A DNA stretch of 63,705 nt, counting the filler, from Octopus bimaculoides (lineage: Eukaryota): assembly GCF_001194135.2 (NCBI RefSeq). It is 7 parts of 7 records of this genome, joined end to end, with 100 filler letters (N's around TTAATTAATTAA, not from the genome) between each part and the next. Parts side by side here need not be neighbours in the genome. Positions count along the whole stretch, not along the records: positions 3,488 to 20,865 come from NC_068984.1; positions 20,966 to 43,895 come from NC_068987.1; 5 more parts are not named here. The stretch is one strand, 5' to 3'. A model generated the notes under the pieces. That model saw only the letters and a program-made list of their open reading frames with translations, was not told where the DNA came from and did not search any database. A program made the translations under genes and the position numbers. This document shows positions 12,632-26,553 of the stretch, in pieces. Within the stretch, counting starts at the first letter, position 1. Every line of letters starts with the position of its first letter.

Positions 12632-13299
12632 AGGTAGGCCAGGCAGGCAGCCGGGCAGCCAGGCAGGCAAGCAGTGGCTGTTGCACATATTCAACAAACA
12701 ACACCAGCAGCAGCAGTAGCAGTAGTAGTAGTAATAATAATAGCAGCAACATCGGCAGCAGAAGCAACAGAGCCAACAACAACAACAAGACCAACAAGAA
12801 CGGCGGTGGCGGCGGCGGCGATAGCAGCCGGCGAACTGGGTTTGTCAAAATTGCAGCGTTTGTAGTGGTTCTTGTGTCTTGTAGCAACGAAAACGTGGAC
12901 GCAACCAGCAGGAAAATGTGAATCCAGAAAAGACCACCACCACCACCATTATGGACATAATTACTGGAAGGGGGTGGATTCAGGACTTCTAGCCGTCTTA
13001 CTGCTATAATATATATATACACACAGATTTATATATATATATATACAGGGGTATATAGAAAAATACGTATGTTTGACTAGAGATATATTAAGACGTGTGT
13101 GTGTCTCTGTATATAGAATCTACAAGTTTATTGTAGCCTATATATATATACACATAATACATACATAACATATACATACATACATACATACATATATAAT
13201 ATATATATATGTAAATACCGTCACATCGTGTTGCTGTTCTCGTAGCATAAACAGGCTTCCCTTTCTGAGGTAAGGCTCAACAAGTTAGGAAAGCAACAC

Positions 13300-13451
<152 letters not shown>

Positions 13452-14049
13452 ATTAAATTAATTGTGAACTCAGAGTTAAATTTAATACAGAGAGCATACT
13501 AGCATCACTATATACTTATCTATCACTCATTGCATAAACAACAAAGCACACACACACGTACACACACGTACACAAATACACGTATACATACGCACACACA
13601 CACACGTGCGTGTAAATTCACACGAAAACAAACACACACACACACATACTCACCTAGTAATAATTAAGAGATATACAAACGTGCATTAGCTTTCACTTAC
13701 TCTATCATTTACCGGAAGAAACAATTAAATACACACACGCCCATATTTATTCTCATAAACACACACAGATACACACTCACACGCACACACGCACACACAT
13801 ACACATATATATACATTTGTGCATCTATACACACAACTCTCTTCTTCTGTATCTCTGTTGTCCAGAGCCATCCGTCTCTACAAACAGTTTTCCTATCTCC
13901 ACAGCTATCTTTCTCCGTATCGGAATTTAACAAAAGCAGTTGGCCACTATCGCCAGTTATTTATCCATTCATTCTTTTAGTCAATGAATCATTGACTGAA
14001 GTCTATACACACACACAAACACACACACACGCATTCACAAGCGCTGGGG

Positions 14050-14093
<44 letters not shown>

Positions 14094-14297
14094 GGGGGAG
14101 AAAAAGCTTTCGTATATAAGAAGGAATCTCCTTTGCATGTGTCCTAGATAGCTACTTCGATCTTTCATCGAAAACAAGACAAACAGACACACGTAAACAC
14201 ATACTCTAAAATATATACACATACGTATATATATATACATATATATATATATATTTATATCTGTATTTGTACTGACAAAAACACGTGGATGTTTAAA

Positions 14298-14371
14298 ATG
14301 AAGGACCAGAAACCAAATGCGACCAAATGTAACAACCATCAGACCAAGGGACCAAGAGTGGATCTGAAAAG
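14298..14371 (+). CDS. Possible small first coding exon of an unidentified gene
   Basis: aaaATGA start, MKDQKPNATKCNNHQTKGPRVDLK, then a strong donor AAG|GTAAGC at 14372. No homology recognised and no partner exon found. Confidence 0.2.
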
Positions 14372-15932
14372 GTAAGCGTTTAGGCTCGTATCTTATATCT
14401 AGACATATTCATATGGCAAAATACGCACAAACACACATGCATAGATGTGAAAGTATGTGTGTGTATTATATATGACCATGCATATATATATATATACACA
14501 CACACATATATATTTGTGTGTGTATGTATATATATATATATATATCCTTATGTATTTATATGTATGGNNNNNNNNNNNNNNNNNNNNNNNNNNNNNNNNN
14601 NNNNNNNNNNNNNNNNNNNNNNNNNNNNNNNNNNNNNNNNNNNNNNNNNNNNNNNNNNNNNNNNNNNNNNNNNNNNNNNNNNNNNNNNNNNNNNNNNNNN
14701 NNNNNNNNNNNNNNNNNNNNNNNNNNNNNNNNNNNNNNNNNNNNNNNNNNNNNNNNNNNNNNNNNNNNNNNNNNNNNNNNNNNNNNNNNNNNNNNNNNNN
14801 NNNNNNNNNNNNNNNNNNNNNNNNNNNNNNNNNNNNNNNNNNNNNNNNNNNNNNNNNNNNNNNNNNNNNNNNNNNNNNNNNNNNNNNNNNNNNNNNNNNN
14901 NNNNNNNNNNNNNNNNNNNNNNNNNNNNNNNNNNNNNNNNNNNNNNNNNNNNNNNNNNNNNNNNNNNNNNNNNNNNTATATATATATATATATATATTAA
15001 ACTTCGTTTCACGGCTTATGGTTGGAAAGCTGAGCTATGGAGTATGGGACCAGCCCATATCCGATGAATATCTTATTTCATATAAATATTTATGTAAGTA
15101 TAACTGTAAATACATTTGCATGTCGGGTGGCCGGGTGTGTGGTGCATATTTCTGATAGCGGGGTGGGGCTGTTTATAAGTATAGTGTGATACTTGTGCGC
15201 GCGCGCGCGTGTTCGTGTACTTTTGAATGGGTACCCGTGAATGGTTGCGTCTTTGTATAGGAATGCTTGTGTGTAGTGGCGCGTGTCTGGGTGCACCACG
15301 TGTATGTCCGTGTGTGTATGCGCACGTATGCATGCATGCATGTGTGTAGAGAGGTGGTTGTTGAGTTTATATTTGCATGTGTAATGTAGTGATGTTAGTG
15401 TGTGCTTTTATAAATATATACATACACACGCACATACACATATATATTTACACATATATATATGCGTGTATGCATATATGTATGTATTTACACACATATA
15501 TATATATATAAATTTGGAGGGGTATATTAATGGTGGTGGTGTGTGTGTATGTTTGTGCATGTAAATTCCTATCTCCACATGTTCCTTTCTGAACACATTG
15601 CATCCGGGTATATATCTGAGTCATGTGTGTCTGTATACATGTGGGTAAATGTTTTTGTTCATGTGTATGTGTGTATGTGTGTGAGTGTGTGTGTGAAGAA
15701 ATAATGATGTGTGTTTTATATATGCAATTTATATGTGTATATATATATATATATATCTATGAGTGTGAATACACCGTGTGCACGTGTGTATGTGTGTGTA
15801 TGTATGTATGTATGTATGTACATAAAGTGTGTGTGCGTGTGTATATCCCTATAATTTGTGGCGCTAAATATCAATGAGTGTGTATGTGTGTGTGCGCACG
15901 CATTTATATATATATGTGTGTGTGTGTTTGTG

Positions 15933-16003
<71 letters not shown>

Positions 16004-17623
16004 TTGTATATATATAGATATATGTATGTTTGTTTGTGTATATATATATATATGTGTGTGCGTGTTTGTGTATATGTATATGTGTGTATGTGTGTTTGTA
16101 ACTGTGCTTTTTTGCGTGTATATATTTCGTGTATTTGCATATATTTGCGTGTATGTTCGTGCATGTTTATGTGTATGTCTGCGCTCATGTGTGTGTGTCT
16201 GTGTGTGCCTGTGTGCGTACGTTCATACCCTGTGACAGGCATCGATGTTGGCGCTGCTCTTAGCTGTGTGTGTGTATAGAGAGTGTATAGCTATGCGTTC
16301 TTCTACAGCATTCAACACGTGTTTGCGATGTCTCGCTGCTGATGGCGCCACTAGTCAACGTACAAAAGATGTTGGTGCAGCAGCAGCAGGAACCCTTTGT
16401 TTCCCCAGCTAGACACTGTGACAGGGGTGGCCAGGGTGCAACTCACACACCACCCGTACTTGGGTCATGGATAAAAATCCTTGATAGGGTTTCCCATTTT
16501 TTGTCACAATTCTATAAACTAGAAACAAACGACAAGCTTCATAATTCCATGCAATCCGAGTTTCCTACTTTGAGATATATTTCAACCACCCCAGTCGACT
16601 CCCATTGAACATATATAACACGCTGGCCATGGCCACCCTATCTTTTTATATATTTCTGAATACATCGTTCAATGTACCCTTCTTGTTTACGATCGTGAAA
16701 TATGATTTGTGTTAGATTTGCCTCCTGTTTCTAGCGTGTCGAACGACCTCAAATACGATTCATTTTTTTTTGTTTACCTTGATATAATATTCATTCGGAG
16801 TAAATAATATTTCGGGGTCTCGTTCAGCAGGTCTTTGGAAAATCATTTACAACTGGACCTGTTGGAAGAAGAGAGCATTGAGGGAGCTATCAGCCAGAGC
16901 CCAGGTCTACTTCATAGTTATACTCAACATAGCTCTCTCTCTCTCCATCTGTCTCTCCCTCTCTTTCTCTCTCTCTCTCTCTGTTTCTCTCTCTTATCTC
17001 TTTCTCTCTCTTTCTCTCTCTCTTTCTCTCTTCTCTCTATACACACACGCGCGCACAGGCACATACCCACCCATATTCAAACACACATACATGCATATAT
17101 GTATGTGCATATGTATTTATAAGTTTGTGTATATGTACATATATATATATGTATGTGTGTATATATATACATATATATATATATATANNNNNNNNNNNNN
17201 NNNNNNNNNNNNNNNNNNNNNNNNNNNNNNNNNNNNNNNNNNNNNNNNNNNNNNNNNNNNNNNNNNNNNNNNNNNNNNNNNNNNNNNNNNNNNNNNNNNN
17301 NNNNNNNNNNNNNNNNNNNNNNNNNNNNNNNNNNNNNNNNNNNNNNNNNNNNNNNNNNNNNNNNNNNNNNNNNNNNNNNNNNNNNNNNNNNNNNNNNNNN
17401 NNNNNNNNNNNNNNNNNNNNNNNNNNNNNNNNNNNNNNNNNNNNNNNNNNNNNNNNNNNNNNNNNNNNNNNNNNNNNNNNNNNNNNNNNNNNNNNNNNNN
17501 NNNNNNNNNNNNNNNNNNNNNNNNNNNNNNNNNNNNNNNNNNNNNNNNNNNNNNNNNNNNNNNNNNNNNNNNNNNNNNNNNNNNNNNNNNNNNNNNNNNN
17601 NNNNNNNNNNNNNNNNNNNNNNN

Positions 17624-17675
<52 letters not shown>

Positions 17676-18190
17676 TTCTTTAGGCTGTTCCAGTGGCCTT
17701 TTGGCTCTGGAGTTTACCCTCTGCTGCTGGATCCGATGAAATCCTGTCTTACAAGGCAATGAGGTTTGCTTGAAATGGAGCAGATCAAAATCAAGACTTG
17801 CCAAAGAGAGTGATGAACCCAGCCTAGGGGTGTGGGGGTCAATGATTGTCTAGTAGCAGTACTATAAGGCATTTTAGGACGTGATGTATCCCTAAAAATC
17901 TCAACCATTGCAGTAGATGGTTTGATGGGCCATGTTCTGGCGTCTTTTTATACTTTATGTAATCCTCTTTGCGCCTGCGTTTCTGTTGCGCTGTATGTTT
18001 GGGTGCAGAAGTGGTTTCACCAAAATTGATAGTTGTGCTTGTTCTTCCTTTGGCTCCGGATCAATTATGATCTCTGAGATCTTTGATCCAAGGCAGTCCA
18101 GAATTGCAATTTCACTATGTTCATTATTTGACTGGTGTTTCTAAACGGTCAAGAGATCACGTAGAGAACTTTCCACGGCTATTTTCGTGT

Positions 18191-18600
18191 CAAACTACCT
18201 GTTGCCAACGTTGGATGTCAAAATACCTGTTGCTAATGATGATTGCCTAACTACTTGTTGCTAACGCCGGCAACGAGAATACCTGTTGCTAAAGGTGATT
18301 TCTCTGGCTATCTGCTGTTAACATTGGTAATCGAGATACCTGTTGCTAATGATGTCTTACCTGACTACTTGTCGCTAACGTTTGGTGTCGAAATACCTGT
18401 TGCTAATCATGATTGCCAAACTGTCGCTAGTGATGCTTATCGAACCATCTGTTATTACCTGTGATTTTCAATCTACCTGTTGCTAACTCACCTGTTGCTA
18501 ACTTACCTGTTGCCAACTTACCTGTTGCTAACTTACCTGTTGCTAACTTACCTGTTGTTAACGATGGGCGTCTAACTACCTGTTGCTTGCGATTACTGTT
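18191..18600. repeat. Minisatellite: four ~57-bp units then six 15-bp units, all built on (T)ACCTGTTGCTAA
   Basis: The 15-bp unit acttacctgttgcta repeats at 18473-18560. The ~57-bp units start at 18195, 18251, 18308 and 18365. Confidence 0.88.
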
Positions 18601-20133
18601 GGATCAACTGTTGCCAACTACTCGTAAAGATGGTTGTCCAACTAATTTTTGCGATGCACTGTTTCTTTCCTTTTTTTTCTATTTATTTGCTGCTGATAAT
18701 AGCTGATGACTTATCAGGTGCTATCGATGGTTGTTGAATTATCTGTTGCTAATGATGTTTGATATACTACAAACTGTTATCTGTGATTTTTGAACGATCT
18801 GTTGCTAACGATGGTCTTTGACATAAACGTTGATATTTTAGTTACTAACAACATCAGCTGGTATATCTGTGCTGCAGTTGTGCAGCCTGGTCAGTTTGAC
18901 CCAATCAATTACTGGTACTTGAGTGATTTCCTGATCTATGAACAAATAAAATCGACGCAGTTGACGTTAGAATACAGAATACAAAGCGGCGGAACCCCAA
19001 GGAGCCAATCTACATCCGTGGAGTGAACACTACGCGCGCGCGTGTGCATGTGTATGCGCTTTGTATGTTAAGATGAGTATGTTTGTAGAAGGGACAGGAT
19101 ACGCACAAGTCGTCCTGCATGTATGACTGGTATTTATTTCAACAAATGTAGAGATGATTTGTGCAAGTTGAACCAGCTTTCTTTACTGCCCTTAGTCCGA
19201 CGTAAATCACCTTTTTGTCTCTACAATTTCACCTTAGAATCTGCATGACGTTTCCTTTACCGAAAGATAAAATCACAGACACATCAATGGCACCTTTTCT
19301 TCCAGTTTGTATTCTTTCGAACTTGTCAGCAAGACCTGCAAATCTCCAACTGCAGGGTTTGTCAATGAATTCCAAATTGTTGTCTACATAAACTGCCTTG
19401 AGTTTCTACAGTTTAGTACCAGCAATGCTAAACGCAGTCTTTGTTAAGGAACTTGACCAGAGGTTTGAAGGATTTAACCGCTTTAAGCAAACCTAGCATG
19501 ATAATGGTAAATGAAATATCTAAAGCTGTGTAACACACAGTGTGATTGGTGGAATAATAAGATAGCAGTCCGTTAGCCGATCATGCCTGTGATCGAGGTA
19601 CTTAGCTTTGAAACAGCTCAGCTCACTTGGCTGTCAATCATATCACAAATCAAGAATACTAAACCATACCGCTGCTTGACGTAGAATCACAATAAAATCA
19701 ACTGGCTGGAAGTGAGTTCAAACCACGCTAGTTACTCTTCACTACATAGAAACTTATTCAGCTACAAACAGATATGTCTCACTTGGAGCAATTAAAATAC
19801 ATTATATCACACAACGCCAGTAAATAACTCTTCTACAAACATTTCCCCGTCAAATTAAGCGATTAATGAACGAACGAATAGTAAGAACGCCGCTCAAGAC
19901 TCAAACACGGATATAAATTAGACCAGTAACTCAGGTCTCGATTAAGCACACACTTGCTATACACCAGTAGTTGACACACATAATATGCACCAGTTACAAA
20001 CTAAAACAAACACTGTGGTAGTAAAACACAATAAAGGATGAAATTAAGATTCCAGAAATTATTACCAATCCCACATATGTATATAAATGTGTATACATAA
20101 ATGCATGTGTCTATGTATATATATGTATATAAG

Positions 20134-20176
<43 letters not shown>

Positions 20177-20978
20177 NNNNNNNNNNTACATAGGCACACA
20201 CACAAACAAACACATCGTATATTATCCTATTATCCCATTATCGTTTCAAGCGGAAACTGTGGCCATGCAGGAGCATTGCAATTAGCGCTAATGTTTGTAT
20301 ATATACGCATGCGTATAAGAGTTTATATCTATCTATCTATCTATCTATCATTTTCTCTCTCACTCTTTCTTTTTCTCTCTCCTCCTCTCTCTCTCTCTCT
20401 CTCTTAGACATATACACGTACATGCGTACGTGTATGTGTGTACATACGCATGTAATATATGCATATATGCACACATACACACACACATATATATGCTTAT
20501 ATGTATATATATATANNNNNNNNNNATATATACACACACACACATATACGTACATGCATATATATATATGTATGTATGTACGTATGTTTATATATCCATA
20601 TATAATATTTCCTACTTCGATACACTACTCCATGTGAGGATGTGTATATGTATGTCAGTAACTAGCAGCAAGTGTGTAGAATATCGATTGTGCCAATGTG
20701 TGCCAGAAGAAGAAGAAGAAGAAGACAGAAGTGTAGTGGATCAGTATGCAACAGTGAGATAAGGCAGAAAACACGTGTCTCCACTCTCTGCAATCGACAT
20801 TCCCCTACAATATCAACAATAGCCGGCATGTTCACAAAATCGATATTGAACTCGGCTCAACGCTGNNNNNNNNNNNNNNNNNNNNNNNNNNNNNNNNNNN
20901 NNNNNNNNNTTAATTAATTAANNNNNNNNNNNNNNNNNNNNNNNNNNNNNNNNNNNNNNNNNNNNATATATATATATA

Positions 20979-22245
20979 TAAGGTCGTCAAACATAAAATT
21001 TGTAGTATGGTAAACTTTGACAGCTGTTCATTTTGCGCCATTATTATGTTTTGACAATCTTTATTTTTTGTTAGAAAGCTGATACATCAAGTACCCGTGA
21101 ATTACGGTTGTTGTTTGGTGTTAGCAGGCAAGTGATATTGACTCACCTAGTTCAAATTGGTAAAGTGAAAAAGTGGGTCCCACATGAACTCAATGAAAAC
21201 CAGAAACAGCAATGTTTGAAAGCCTGCATTATGCTACTTTCTTGTCACAAAAATGGATTATTTTTTAATCAAATTGTAACATGTGATGAGAAATGGTTCC
21301 AATACAACAACCGTAAGCGTTCAGCACAATGGTTGAACAAAGACGAGCCACCAAAACAAGTTCAAAAAGCAAAATTTATCAAAAGAAGCTAATGGTGTGT
21401 GTGTGTTGGTCTGGCGCAGGTGCGATCCATTATGATTTCATTAAACCTGGCTCATCAATCGCGGTCGACGTATACTACAGCCAACTGGAGCAAATGATGC
21501 AGAAACTTACAAAAAACCCCAGAAATATTGCATTTCTAAATCTCTCAGTGAGACTTATACACGATAAAGTGATGGTCTGTTGCCAACTTAATGTGGAAGT
21601 TTTAGGAAAAGGAAGAATGCTACAACTTTTTAGCCCCATAAAGCATCGTTGATATGTGACACAAGTGTTCTGTGTCCTTAAGTTTTCAAGGACATACAGT
21701 TATCTTCTCTGTTTGAAAACTTAAGGACATAGAACGCTTGTGTTACATAATCAACTGAAAACGTTGTTTCCTGGGGCTAAATAACAGTAGCATTCTTCTC
21801 CTTCCTGGGACTGCCACATTAACTTGGCAACAAATCATCAAAAAGAAAAAAAACAGCCTAGATTATTCAACAGATCCACTCCTATTTTATTGCAAGAAAA
21901 CGCCAGACCTCACATCGCAAAAATGACATTGGCGAAACTACAGGAGTTGGAGCTGGAAGTTCTCCATCATCCACTATACTGACCTGATCTCGCCCTCACA
22001 GACCACCACTTCTTCCAGAATTTGGATAACTTTTTGACAGGAAAACAATTTAATTCCGACGATACTGTAAAACAGGCCTTCCAAGATTTTATTTACTCTA
22101 CATTGCCAAGCTTTTACAAGAACGAGCTCGACAAGCTGCCGCTGAAATGACAAAAGTGTATTGACAATATGGGTGTATTCCTTGTTTTTATGAACATTAG
22201 CAAACTTTTTTTCCTTTTCTACAAATTTCATACTTGAAGACCTAA
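20979..22245 (+). mobile_element. Mariner element, degenerate, with TIRs and TA TSD
   Basis: KKWVPHEL..IVTCDEKW, KKLMVCVCWS and LLQENARPH..HHPLY*PDLALTDHHFF motifs. TIRs of ~28 bp (taaggtcgtcaaacataaaatttgtag / ctacaaatttcatacttgaagacctaa) are flanked by TA. Confidence 0.88.
21570..21840. repeat. Foldback (~120-bp imperfect inverted arms) nested in the mariner
   Basis: 21570-21689 is the reverse complement of 21713-21840 with scattered mismatches, and it interrupts the transposase. Confidence 0.8.
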
Positions 22246-24057
22246 TAGAAAAAGGAGGTCGCCAGAATTTTGGAAAACACTTTTTATGCATTCATTATTA
22301 TTAGCGCCTTCGTTCTTTTTCTCTATATAAAAGTGAAACGGCCAAAAGTAGTGTTTGCGTGTCTCATTTAGTGGTTATGCAGGGTTCAATGGCAGTAGGC
22401 GTGTTCGGATTGCGGCGAAAATTTACAAGGACACGTAAAATGAAGCGAGGAAACGACTGGACTAGGTTAGAAATCTCCATCTCAAAAGCTGTGGTTACTA
22501 GGGCAACAAAATCCATTTTCGATCGATTCTGCAAGCTGTGGAGGTCATGCTTTATGGGCAATTTTAATAAAAACACACTTGCATAATCTACAGTCTCTTC
22601 TGTTTAATAGTTCGTCAATTTTTTATGGAAATTGTTTAAAAGAAAATATTTTATGAAGTGAAAAAAAGTTACATTTCTAGTCGTTTTACAGTTTGACTTT
22701 TGGCTGCTTGCATCTTTGGTTTGTTCAGGATAAAAATTATACCACCCGGTAGGATTTAATAAGAAATGTTTTTTGGATTTTGATTCGTTCAAAAATTCCG
22801 CCGATAAGTACAAAAATAATAAAGTTCACGGTTATTTTTCATTTTATTTTCTCGATTTAGTGGCAGGTGACAATAGGCGTGAAATATTTTTAAAGACTTT
22901 TTTTTTTTTTTTTNNNNNNNNNNNNNNNNNNNNNNNNNNNNNNNNNNNNNNNNNNNNNNNNNNNNNNNNNNNNNNNNNNNNNNNNNNNNNNNNNNNNNNN
23001 NNNNNNNNNNNNNNNNNNNNNNNNNNNNNNNNNNNNNNNNNNNNNNNNNNNNNNNNNNNNNNNNNNNNNNNNNNNNNNNNNNNNNNNNNNNNNNNNNNNN
23101 NNNNNNNNNNNNNNNNNNNNNNNNNNNNNNNNNNNNNNNNNNNNNNNNNNNNNNNNNNNNNNNNNNNNNNNNNNNNNNNNNNNNNNNNNNNNNNNNNNNN
23201 NNNNNNNNNNNNNNNNNNNNNNNNNNNNNNNNNNNNNNNNNNNNNNNNNNNNNNNNNNNNNNNNNNNNNNNNNNNNNNNNNNNNNNNNNNNNNNNNNNNN
23301 NNNNNNNNNNNNNNNNNNNNNNNNNNNNNNNNNNNNNNNNNNNNNNNNNNNNNNNNNNNNNNNNNNNNNNNNNNNNNNNNNNNNNNNNNNNNNNNNNNNN
23401 NNNNNNNNNNNNNNNNNNNNNNNNNNNNNNNNNNNNNNNNNNNNNNNNNNNNNNNNNNNNNNNNNNNNNNNNNNNNNNNNNNNNNNNNNNNNNNNNNNNN
23501 NNNNNNNNNNNNNNNNNNNNNNNNNNNNNNNNNNNNNNNNNNNNNNNNNNNNNNNNNNNNNNNNNNNNNNNNNNNNNNNNNNNNNNNNNNNNNNNNNNNN
23601 NNNNNNNNNNNNNNNNNNNNNNNNNNNNNNNNNNNNNNNNNNNNNNNNNNNNNNNNNNNNNNNNNNNNNNNNNNNNNNNNNNNNNNNNNNNNNNNNNNNN
23701 NNNNNNNNNNNNNNNNNNNNNNNNNAAAACTCTAAAGACACCTTCTATATAATGCACTCGCTTTGATCAATTGTCTCACAACTTGAGTGCGAGTATCACC
23801 TCTCACACATAAGAGTGCCATCATCGTTCTTTCTCTCTCTCCACCAGACTTAAAGACCTCCTGTGTGGGGCAACCTTCAACACCATTTCAGCTCTCTCAT
23901 CCACCTTCAAAGTCGGCTGCCTTCGCTTTTCGTATCTGGCTATTATTGTTGCTATCTTCAGGCCGAAAGTCCACTATTTCATCCCTGCAGCAGCTCTACT
24001 TGACCAGTTGCTTCTATTGTTCAACTTTGACTGACCACTGTCACACAGAGAGAAACA

Positions 24058-24106
24058 ATGGCTACGTGTAGTGTACGTTTCCGCTTCCTGTTTGGCGTAT
24101 TATTCG
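24058..24106 (+). CDS. Exon 1 of M4 metalloprotease gene (start of signal peptide)
   Basis: ATG at 24058 (acaATGG) reads MATCSVRFRFLFGVLF plus 1 nt, then a consensus donor G|GTGAGT at 24107. The phase-1 junction matches the acceptor at 26570 and gives MATCSVRFRFLFGVLFAFLGRHIVMS-AKW, a basic-hydrophobic-polar signal peptide. Confidence 0.8.
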
Positions 24107-24439
24107 GTGAGTTTAACATATTTTTCTATGTATCTATCTGTAGGTCTGTATGCGTGTGTTTGTGTCTGTACATAAACTTGTGCGTGCGTTTGCTTGTATG
24201 TATGTATGTATGTATGTATGTATGTATGCATGCGTATATGTCGGTGTCTGTGCTTGTTCTCCCACCATCGCTCCACAACCAGTGTTAGTGTGTTTACGTT
24301 CCCGTAATCTAGCGGTTCAACAAAAGAAAGTGATAGAATAAGTACTAAGCTTAAGAAAATTCTTGGGGTCGATTTGTTCGACTAGAAACCCTCAATGCGG
24401 TGCTCCAGCGTGGCCGCAGTCAAATGACTGAAGCAAAGA

Positions 24440-24900
24440 AAGCTGGAAAGTAGGTTGTCTCCGATTTTAAAGTCTTTATTTATAAATGAAAAACTTATAT
24501 TTTTCGAAATATTTAATCCTTAACATAACGTCCATTACTTCGTAGAATCTAATTCCATCTCTCAACAAGTTCATGGACGCCACTTGAAATATAATGCAAA
24601 GTACGGTCCCAATTAGATTTCAATTTCTTCTTCTCTCGATGTCAGCCTGAAGCCATTGAAATTGATTCTGTAATTCCCTAAGCAAATGATAATCAGAAGC
24701 TGCAAGGCCAGAAGAAGGTGGAAAATGAAACAATTCCTCCCAATGGATCTCTTCTAAGAGATTCTTAGTCAGTTGTACAGTGCGTGGGCGAGCATTATCG
24801 TGAAGCAAACTTCCTCTCTGTTGACCAAGGACGGGTGATTTTTGTCCAAAGCTGCTTTCAAGCAACGAAGCGGATCGCAATAAAGATTGGTGCCAAGAGG
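24440..24900 (-). mobile_element. Mariner transposase 3' remnant in the M4 intron
   Basis: LLHDNARPRT..WEELFHFPPSSGLAASDYHLLRELQN. Confidence 0.8.
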
Positions 24901-25515
24901 GGTCAATTCACTGGTCTTTTCCAGAAGACTTTCGGGCCAGGGCCTATGGATAACTTCCAGAAATCAAGCTCTACAGACAAGGAAGTGCTGCCAGACGGAC
25001 CTGTCCGAGGTGTGCGCAGGGCGGTGAAACCGTCTTGCATGTACTCACCCAGTGTCCGTGCATTACTGACCTGTGGAGTTTTGTCGAACAGCTGTTGTCA
25101 CGTGCCAAGTCCATTGTGAGGCCCTCCCCCACGCCACCTATTGGTCAGGAGGTAAAGGCAGTTTTCCTTTGCCTGGTGTCTATAACGAAAGTGGTAGTGT
25201 AGTGGACGAGATTGAAAGGACTGAAGAAGTTGAAAGAACTTCAACCTTAGCCCTCATCAACTTTTTCAAGTTTCACTTCAAAAGGAATGCGAGGGTAGAG
25301 AGGGAAGTACTGTCCCTCAGTAAGTTTGTTGAAAGGTGGTTGAATGTTGCGGAAATGGCTCGTGTGAAATGGGCCTACTCAGAATCTTCGTCTGTAAGTC
25401 GGAGCAGTTGAAGGGAAGAAAGGTGTCTACCGAGCGCGCCATTGGTCGTCTGTGCGGTGTGTCTTGGTTGGAGAATTTTGTTGTTTGATTTTTTTGTTAA
25501 CTCCTTTGTTGTTTT
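24900..25515 (+). mobile_element. L1/Tx1-like LINE ORF2 3' end in the M4 intron
   Basis: TCPRCAQGGETVLHVLTQCPCITDLWSFVEQLL (CCHC knuckle, from 25002), followed by a T-rich 3' region. Confidence 0.7.
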
Positions 25516-25616
25516 TTTTATTGCTTACACGTTTTTTGCTTTAAACTCCACTTGTCCCTTGTTTGTATTGTCCCTAATTGTTCTTGTGTTCGGCCCTTGT
25601 GGCCAATAAAGAAAGG

Positions 25617-25648
<32 letters not shown>

Positions 25649-25688
25649 CGAGTGTGAGAACAGTGCATGCCAACAAAGTGACACTGGG

Positions 25689-25757
<69 letters not shown>

Positions 25758-25819
25758 ATTATTATTATTATTATCATTATTATTATTATTATTATTATTA
25801 TTGAAACAAAGCATAGGTT

Positions 25820-26090
25820 CGTATTCATGTGGGTAGCGGGTTATTGTCTGTAATCTTAAGTATCAACACGTTTTCGGTAGTCTTTCTAGTTTTTAGAACC
25901 CTCCTCATAATTCTTACTGTCCTTAAGAAGCAAACTGTCTGTAGAAGCTCTACCGGCCATTCTATTTTAATACCCTTCAGCCATTTGTCCATATCTTCGC
26001 TCACTGTTCCCGACGCACCAATCATTATAGGCTCGATCTTTACTGTTCGCAAGCTCCAAAATTTTCCTAATTCAAATTTTAACGGATTGT
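25820..26090 (-). mobile_element. R4/Dong-like 3' fragment in the M4 intron
   Basis: LWSLRTVKIEPIMIGASGTV..ELLQTVCFLRTVRIMRRVL, next to a (TAA)n tract at 25690-25802. Confidence 0.7.
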
Positions 26091-26200
26091 ATATTCTTTC
26101 TTTCTTTCCTTCTTTCTTTCTTTCCTTCTTTCTTTCTTTCTTTGTTTCTTTCTTATTATTAATATTTATAGGATTGATGTTACTCCCCCAGAAAGTAAAA

Positions 26201-26432
26201 AAACAATAAAAAAAGAGTGCAACTGTTATCAAAAGAACGATATTTCGACATCTCGTGTATCTTCCACAGGTTCAAAAATAAATTTGTCGATCTATTTCAT
26301 TTTGTAACATCAATTCTATAAATATTAAACAAAATGAAGTAGATTGACAAGTTTATTTTTGAACCTGTGGAAGATACACGAGATGTCGAAATATCGTTCT
26401 TTTGATAACAGTGCCACTCTTCTTTATTGTTT
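26201..26432. repeat. ~100-bp inverted repeat (23-nt spacer) in the M4 intron
   Basis: 26204-26305 and 26329-26429 are near-perfect reverse complements with a few mismatches. Confidence 0.88.
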
Positions 26433-26439
26433 CTATCAC

Positions 26440-26453
26440 CATTATTATTATTA

Positions 26454-26520
<67 letters not shown>

Positions 26521-26553
26521 CATTATTATTATTATTATCATTATTATTATTAT
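26440..26553. repeat. (ATT)n microsatellite just upstream of the M4 exon-2 acceptor
   Basis: This is the source of the spurious poly-Ile N-terminus in ORF 26402..28420. Confidence 0.95.

Noticed and set aside
11922-13022. 366-aa minus-strand ORF
   Set aside because: Low-complexity translation of GA and triplet repeats with no domain.
16309-16608. Exon after acceptor ttcttctacAG as partner of 14298-14371
   Set aside because: The phase-2 join stops after 11 codons and the other frames show no recognisable protein.
18191-18600. CRISPR-like array
   Set aside because: Eukaryotic context, no unique spacers and no cas genes; these are simple tandem units.
18461-18706. (PVANL)n repeat protein
   Set aside because: The first ~57-bp unit shifts frame and the minus-strand frames contain stops, so there is no sign of coding constraint.
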